The notes under the pieces: generated by a model
The model's input: only the letters and a program-made list of their open reading frames with translations
The model's database searches: none
What the model was told of the DNA's origin: nothing
Shown here: in pieces, positions 42,001-51,000 of the stretch
Layout of the letters: every line of letters starts with the position of its first letter
How positions within the stretch are numbered: position 1 is the first letter of the stretch
Position numbers and translations under genes: made by a program
Assembly (NCBI GenBank): GCA_000002435.2
Contig: CM018793.1
Direction: 5' to 3' (one strand)
Source: Giardia intestinalis
Taxonomy: Eukaryota
Length of the DNA stretch: 64,000 bases

Positions 42001-45000
42001 CAGGACGTCTATCTCAATTACCTCAATTTCTTTTATTACAATCTAACAATCTTGGCGTCGCGAAGAGTATTTAACATGTATGCGTTTACAATCAGGGATT
42101 GGCGCGTACTAAAGGCATTGATCACGCTCTTTCTTGTGTACGATAATGTCCTGAACATCAAGCACTACATGGACGTCATGGACGGCGAGGATTATCGGTT
42201 ATTCATCGGATCCTCCACTAAGCAGCAAGCAAAGCCAGGCTCTGCAGACATAAGGGCCCCAGAACAAAGCACCATGTCTCAGCAGATAGCAAGAACTATA
42301 GAAGCCGTCCTTCCCCCACGCCGTGTCTCTGATCTGAATCCGTATGCAGAGCTTGCTTACTTTTCATATTACGATCAGGAGGAGCGCAGATCAGAGAAAA
42401 ATGAGGCAGAATACATCAAGGAGTGCCGCAAAGACATTGACTTTTCGGCAGTTGGTCTGTCCGACCTGCGCTATATTACCGGAAGCCCTATCTATCTGCC
42501 ATGGGCGAGCAACTTCAGCCGTAAAACGCAGATCATTTGCGAGTTTAGTTACTCCTTTACTAAGCTTATCTTTGTCAACACTAGCACTGCAGAAGTTATC
42601 AGGAGGATCCACTCATCAATCTTTGCCGCCATCTTTAACGCCTTTACCCTTCTTATTGCAGCCCCTTATGAGCTTCATAGCGCAGAGCAGGACAGCGCAA
42701 GCTATCGCTCCTACTATCGGAGATATTTGGAGCTTCTTCCCTCCTTTCTTCACCTTGTGCACAAGTTCTTTTGCCCTGCGTATCTCTTCCATTCTAACCC
42801 ATCAATGCAGCAATGGTTCGTCAGCTTCTATGCGTCTCTCAAGGCTAGCCTGCAAGACCTTTATGCAGTACAGTTATCTATGCACGGCTTTATAGGAGCG
42901 GAGAAATACTGCAGGTACACATGCCTGACCCATACACAGAGCATGTCCGATGTCACACTTCTTCGAGCAGCTAACTTTCTGGGTGTCAAGAACCAACTCC
43001 GTAGTGACGTGGTAGAGCATGTCCAGCTATTCAACTTAAAGTGTGGGCAGCTGGATAGAGAGGCACAGGAGGATCTCTGGATCCCCGGGGAACAGCAGCT
43101 GCCCTCAGCCAGATATGACAAGCTTTCGCTCAGCCAACTAGACAAAGATTCATTTCACACAGCAGAAACATCATCTACCACAGCTATTGCAGATACTCCT
43201 GCTTCTGAGCAGAGTTGCCGCGCATCTACTGATGGCGATTCAGTGCTTCACCGGACTCCCCAAATAGATAACGTTTTGTTGAAAAGATTCGCAGAAAAGG
43301 CCTATGTACACGAATTATTCGATTCTTACCATGACCTTGGCCGTAGTAGAGCTGAAGAATGCATGCACCTGCAAATTGCTGAAGATCTCAAACAAGAGCT
43401 TCCCAGCGATCTACAGCTTAGCGGGCACGATAGTCATCTAAAGCCTGTCACAGACATATCCCTGACAGGTTCTGCTCCTCACTGTAACACCTCCAGGACT
43501 ACTGAAGAGAAACAAGAGCTAGAGGGGCCTGCATCTTACCATAATCCAGACACCACTTCTGAAGCACAGCTTGATTCTGCGCATGCAACTGACTATTTGG
43601 CGTTTGTGCGGCAAACATATCAATTCCTCCCTGTCCCATACCACATAGGAGATGGCTTGTTTTCTAATCCTGCACTATCTCACTATATGCAATTGTATAG
43701 CGATAACGACGTAGAGCCACCACTGATCATAACTACTGAGCTCTCTGCAGTTGCTGTCTTTTTAGCCGGGCTCATTTTAGCAGGTGAGTGCTTTGCTCTG
43801 ACTGGCAAGCGGTTCTCGGGGAAGACAACTCTTCTGAAATTGGCATATGCTCTTCTTCCTCAGAATATTGTGTCTCTAACATCCTTTAGGGTTCCGTGTG
43901 GAGAGGATTTGGACCCGCAGGAATTCATGCAAAGGATCCTTCAAAGAAACCTAGTCTTTAAGCCAGACACAACCAGTCCCGGTGAGCGCTATAGTGTCGC
44001 GTTGCCTGAACGAAAACTCCTCGTCGCTCATATAGAGAGGATCGATCAAGGAGCCTGGGAGAAACTAATGAATCTCAATCTGCAAAGTGGCTTGCTGAGC
44101 CTTAGCCACAATGTCTCGCAGAGCCTCGAGCTGGGATCAGACAACGTGGGAGTGCTGTTTCTTCCTGGAGTGGTCTTTGCGTATGAGGCCTCCGCCGATT
44201 ACTCCGATCTGTCAAGCAACCAGAATGACCTTTACTTTATACAGCACTCCAGCACCTCCACGCCATCCTTCCTGCATAACTTTCTCTACTGGGGCTTGAT
44301 TCGGCGTCGCTTTCATCTTTCGGACTATGTGCCTCTAAGTGACTCGTCCGCTCCACTCAACGGAGGGCATGCTCTGGAAGATTATTTTTCGAACGCATTG
44401 CTTACCAAATTGCATGAGGCAATCTGTGCAGGACCGTCCAAAGATGTTCAGAACTCCTATACTAGGGTTTCGTATCGAAACAAGACGCCGCAGCTCCACG
44501 AAGAAACACTTTGTAAGCTTCCAGTGCCAAGCGCTGAGCTTCCCAACACTCTTAAGACGTTCGTTCATTTTCTCAAGCAACTGGAGAGCACCACCCCCAT
44601 TTCATCTCTACGCCTTGTTTGGTCGATGCTTCAAAACTCTGCCAGTGACGACGGCTTTCTGGTCACGTCAGTTAATGTTCCTCCTGTTCCTATCTCACGA
44701 GAAAATGCATGCTTCCAGTTTCCGTGCATTAACCTACTGCTATCTACTATCGTCCGTCACACAGAGCTTCCAGTTGATGTGGTTTTTCAATCTATTAGTC
44801 AGCTGATTAATACCAATACCCTCGACGAAGTTCTCAAAGGGAAAGAGGAACTGCCTTCCAGTAGCCTTCCGCTACGAAGGGCAGATCCTGGTAATCTGTA
44901 TCTACTCCATGAAGGGTGGATCCAGGGCCTTAGCTTGCTTCTAAAGCACCATGATCAATCCATTGAGGACTTTGTTATGGATTTAGCTGGCGACTCCTAT

Positions 45001-48000
45001 TATATGAAGCACAAGAGGATACTCTATTCGCAGGAGGACCAGTTGAGCGGGCGCAGCCCATCCCACACAAGGGTTCTGCTTCCCTACTTTAGCAAAGCTG
45101 GTCACATGCTGTACTTCAAAACAGACTTAGGTGGCCATAGCTCTCCAGATCGTCGCGCTCTAGCTGCCTCCAGCGGCTTTTTCTCTGACCCCCACTTGAT
45201 TGGAAGCCTTACCTCCGGCCTTGGTCTGATGAGCAAGCTCCGTCCGCAGAGCACTCTTGACTCTGAAAGACTCAAGGCAAAGCTTCCGCAGCATCTTCTG
45301 GACAAGGGAAGCATCTTGATGGGGCGGAGCCTGCGTGCCTCGATGATGAATATAGACGGAGTCCAAACCTTTCCATCTGGCGAGCTGGTCTATCCGCAGG
45401 ATCAAGCAGATTGCCCTGCAAGGGCTGTCAGCTCCAAAGTGCTTTCCTCGGCCAACCTTTGCCGATCGCGCGTAGACATAGATAGCGACTCGTCAGAAGA
45501 AGACGATAAGATGCAGAAAAGCTTTGTGCTTGAGCAGCAAGCCTCTCTGGAAGAGCAGAAACACAACGTTGTTGCGTGCTTATTGTCACGGTGCCGCACG
45601 GTAGCACACGTTGACACCTATGCAATAGCTGCGATTATACACATTTATCTGGCGATTACTAGAGCGTTTCAGTCCAATGTCTTGAAGATGGCAGAGTACC
45701 TCCTTTACATGCGAAGGGGATCAAACCGCGCTTGCCCACAGTTTGTGCAATTCAATCCCTTGGCAAACCCGCCAAGAATGCCCATTATCAACATGCTCGT
45801 TCCATCTGGGTCGACACATTTTGACTCTTATTCCCAATATCTCCAGGTCCTAAGAAGTATAGGGAAGTACGTCATGTTCGACACAGTGGAGTTCTTCGAG
45901 TTTGTTTGTAGAAATACATACAGTCCGAACAATGGAATTCTGAAAATATCTATCGAAAAAAAGGCTGAGACGTTCAGAATCTATGAGAGCGCTGTTTTGG
46001 AAGAAGTTTTAGGAAGTTCGGTTCAGAAGATCGAGCCTGATGCTGCCCCAAAGGCCAAAAAGGAAGTAACCCTCCGGAACGTCTTTCAAGGACGCGTCGC
46101 TTTTGCTAATTACGCGGTCCATTTAGCACGAACTCACCGATTTATCATTGACATCAATCAGGTCCTGCAATACGTCCAGGCAGCAGCAAGATGCATCAAA
46201 CCCGCCAGCACTACGCACGAGGTTTACCACAGCAATAAGGATCCCTTAGAAGATGAAGAAGAGCTGTCAGACGAGGACCAATTCGTCTCTCGTGTCGATC
46301 CACGAGTTCTGCGAAAAATGCCACTCAAGCCAGTCATCTCACCGGATGGAACTGAGTTCAAGAGGAATAACGAAGTGGTGAAGACGTATAGTGGGAAGCT
46401 GTCCAAGACAGATCCTTTCTTCTGGATATTCAAGGAACAGGAGGACAGGACTGGCGGCGGCTTCGTTCCGACGTATGACTACAGACACCACCGGCATCGC
46501 TATTTCAATAAGCTTGTTTCTGTGTTTCTTGATTCTCACGATCCTCGGCAGCTAGTACACTACATCATCCGATCAATGCTTCTCATGGCCCTGGGTTTCA
46601 GCCCTCTCCTCGGTTTTGTTGATCTGTCATATTTCAAGCGTGATGTCTACAACTATCGGACATGCTACACATGTGAGCTATGGCCCTACGTTGACATGGA
46701 GAAAATGCAGACAGATTTGGAGGCTAGCGATCTTGCCGAGCTTGTTCTCACCGAGCCCTGCGACATACTTCTGACGGTCCCTTTCGAGTACCTTGATCGC
46801 AAGAAGATCAGTTTTCTCCCAGAAAGCTGTCCTTACTTCAGCCCCACAGAGCTCAAGTTCCTAGGCTACCTTGTCTCCTTTGTGTATGGACTGCAGCACC
46901 TACTTTCAGAAACAGAGCTGTTGTGGCTTTGTAGTCGCAACCTAGCCATTGTTATTCTCGAGGGCGGCGAGGTGTGCAATACAATCGACTCTGTGCGCTA
47001 TACGGCATTTTCACCCCGCATACACACGGCTTTATTGGAAGAGCGACTCAGCAGGCTACACCCCCGATTAACTACCACATACAATGACGCGAACCAGCAG
47101 CCTATTTCTCTGCATGTGTCTTCTGCCATGAAGCAAGCATTGAGCAGCCTCGCCACGAAGGGATTGCTGTTGGAGCGCAATATAGGGTCACCTAAGGGAG
47201 ATTCTACTATTGGTTCTCTGGAGAACTCGATTCCGTACCAGTTTCTCAAGATCCTTAACGAGAAATATAATGCAGCAAAGATGCTGAAAAATGGCCCTTT
47301 GCCAGGCGTCCTTCTGATTGCGGAGATAGCATGGAAACTCTATGAGTATCGTGTTGAGACACTTAGCAATATACTACAGGCATGCAATACGATTTTGTGG
47401 GGGGCTAATAGACTCAATGCCGACGAGCTAGTGGCAGACAATGGGCCACAAACGCCGCTTAGCCATATGCACACAAGTAGTGTCAATACCTCTGTGCGGT
47501 CCTTTTCAGCTGTATCGTTTTCTGTGCCTAATACGCAGTCTAGATCAAGGACGAGAAAGCGCGCTCTTAAGTCAAGAACCAGAGACCAGCAGACCACGAG
47601 TCAGACAATTCATGAGTCTGCCTTTGGCATCAACTCATTACTCAGTGAGCCGAAGGGCTTTAAAGCCGAGGCCCTCGATCCAGAGCCGGCTCATGAGGTG
47701 GACAGAGATGAGGTGACACAGCGCTATCTGACTATCATTCAGGAGATGAAATCTGAGTTAGAAGGTCTGCTACCTTGCCAACTTGAAGCGTGTATTGATA
47801 TGGCTGTGAGGTTTCTTTGTCTCAGTGAAGACTGCTTTAGCTCCTCTGATGCTGGCAGGGATGCTGCTTCATCGATGTCCTTATCACAAGGAAAGAGGTC
47901 TGTGTCTGCTTCTATGGCACATGACGTATTTAAGCAACACCGCCATTCTTGTGATAGCGAATCAGATCCGCACTTACCACCTACCTGTGCCTGCACTACC

Positions 48001-51000
48001 GACTTTCTCCTCGAAGAGTTCAGCTACTTTACTATCCCAGAGAGCTATCCTACTCCTGCTCTTTTGACAGCGTTTTTCAACATCCTCCACATCAACCTTG
48101 GGGAAGCTTTAGCAATCGCTGAGATCTTGCTTGACTCCAAGGCAAGGTGCTTGCCGGAAGAATTTCGTTCCGGTGAGATGCGGTCTTATGCCAAGAGCTT
48201 GCTCGTTGACAGGAGGATGCTATCTATATTTGCAATATATCTCATATCTGCGCAAATCCCACGACTGGTGCCGCTTCTTCCTTTCAATTATTCATTCATT
48301 GTGGTCCTAGTACTAGAAGCGTGTCAGAGGCCAGCTTTGTTCAAAGACCTGGTACTTCGTCGCAAGGACGCAGACATTGACGTTGATGCAGAATTCCGTA
48401 TTAGCTACGTTAACTGCGCAGTCTCCAAGCAGGAGTTTGCAAAGAGCTTAGATAGCATTCTCCAAGATGACGGTAACCAAGACGGGGCAGTCGTATTATA
48501 TAATTGCTTCTCATGCAAAGGCCAAGCGACAGAGTACTTAGTAACGTTTATTAGCCTCCTATCGAGTGCAACGCTGTTGCATGGCGATACACTCGTCTTC
48601 GATGGAGCCACAAGGATAAGGTTGAAATACGACCTAGCTAGGACTCGATTCTACTTTACTTCAGCTAGAAACGTTGACTACTCCTCTCTATCTAAGTTGC
48701 AAGAGAGCGTTTACCCCATCTATACGCCACAATACTTGCAGCAAGCCCTTATTCACCGGATTGAGGCATTGAAGTCTGGGGAGACCGTCCAGGATCCCAC
48801 CGACGGTCTGAAGGAGTTGTTCATAGATCTTTTTTACTACATGTTGCACTACTGCACAATGTACGACACACACCCTTTGTTCCGCAATCTTCTTCTCCTC
48901 GAAGCAAAGAGGGACGTCATCAGGGAAGTCCTGAAAACTAGCGCGACCATCCACAGTATCACGATGGCAGAGCGCGGCGCCATAAGCTCAGCTAAGCGGC
49001 AGATTATGGGCAGCATTTACAAAGATGCAACTGCACTCCTACCAAAAGTCATGCTCCTGAAGAGAGGCTGCCTAAATGGTCAGCAACTCGAAGATACACC
49101 TCAACTTATGCAGAAAATTGCACAGGCGTATGCCGCACTGTTTGGCTACTTTTATTCTTTAAGCGCGGACTATCAGCAGGTATTATCCCTCCTTACTCCA
49201 AGATTCTTTGCTGGCTGGCTTGACAATATGATCGAGCTGATACACCACAGCAGATGCAGTATGGGCGATCCCACTATCACACAGCTGGTTGGTTGGCTGG
49301 CCCATCATACTGTAAGGTATCCATTACAATATGTTTCTCGTTTGCTCCCGTTAACAAAGATAGAGCCTGTGCTATTCACATGTACGGCCATCTACTGCAC
49401 GGCGCTGGAGCACATGAGCACCAAGGAGCTTAGTGTGATAAAGCTGCTGATTGCTATAGAAGATAATCAGCTGCACACGCTAGAAAGGATTATCTTGCGT
49501 GGAGGCAAGAAGGAGGCAGCTGAGTATGATGCAACTCAACGCCCATTCATCAAGATGCTGTCACTAGCCGAAGAGGACTGCGCTGCAGCAGCACTCATTG
49601 CCAATTGCTGCGGGTTCCCGTCCCAGAAGGCTTCCAATGCATGGATCAGATTGTCCGTTCTATACGCATTTCTACCCAAGCTTGTTGGCCCGTGGGTAGC
49701 CCATTTCAGGAAGGAAAGGCGCTCGTTCGTGAAGTTAGCCTCTGGTAATACCTTCCGTTCATTACTTAATCAGTATCTCGGTTTGGAAAGCGAGCCTGCA
49801 TGCAAATTCATCGGGACAGAAGAACTTTTTCAAAGCAGAGTCGCCGGGGTCAATCGGGATTCGGTCACAGCTATTGACCACTTGATAAGAGACCAACGGA
49901 TCCCCTACTACCAAAGAAAGCGCGCAAAGACCGCGCCGTCCAAGAAGCAGACGGAGGGCGCATACACAAAGAAAGCCACCATAAAGCCAATGATTATCAA
50001 CCAACCCCTTCCTAAGCTGGCGGACAATGTACAAGCAGTAGCACAACCAGAAAAAGACCTCTCTGGGGACAATAGAACCGATGCGACTGTGCACAGGGAA
50101 GTAGATAGAAGCAATTTACAGATTAAGGAGCTATTTCTACTGAGCTACACATCCATGAATGGCTCTTTCTGTCCGCAAAGGAGACAGCTTCTTACCACTG
50201 CCTCATCAACGGCACAGCAACATGAAGCCGACTCGGATACTCTTCTGCTGCAATCAACCGCTAAAGGGCTGGATTTGGAGCTAGAGAAATGCACTGAGCC
50301 ATTAGCGCTGCCAGCTGACATGACGTCGTATTCCATCAGAACCATATGGAAAGCACTTCTATTGAGCCTGGCATGTGACAGAGAAGCGCGTTCTGATGCA
50401 TGTAGCCTTCTTCTCCGAATCTGTCCACTTTGTAACGTCACAGACACAGTGAAGGAATATTACAAAGAGCTATCCGCTGACAGCACCGCACTCGCCGAGT
50501 TTCTAGGCGTGTCAGGTGGCACGCTTTCTCCCAACTTAACCCTTATAGTCAGAAGCCACCTGTTACCACATTCATGTGAGGAAGAAAGCCAACCATTAGG
50601 TGCGGTTCTACAAGAAATGGATCCTCAAGTATCTGCTGCACGGAGAAATCTACTTTTGTGGTACGACGAGTCTGTTGATATCGAGCGCCTAATCAGCTAC
50701 TCCTATACGTGTGTTTGGAAGAGTCTTTCCTCCTACTCGTCTTTGTCATTCAGTAGATATCCTACCAAGGAAATGCTCATGACACCGGAGTCTGTCATCG
50801 CTGTAATATGCGTAGATCCTAACCTACAAATTTCACACCTCCTTGCTATTAGAGAGGGGCTGTGCGATACGACCGCCGCATCTATCATCATATGCATACC
50901 ATCTAGCTCTAGGCCGTCGGTTACTGTGTCCCAAGTCATAGCGTTAACAAATATCTTCTGCACCCGTACAGAGAGCCTGATAATGCCTGAATGCGTCTTT

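Noticed and set aside
43804-44200. Calling the giant protein a dynein heavy chain
   Set aside because: It has only one P-loop, no GPAGTGKT-type AAA1 signature and no series of six AAA modules. The resemblance is confined to one short stretch, which is too weak to annotate.
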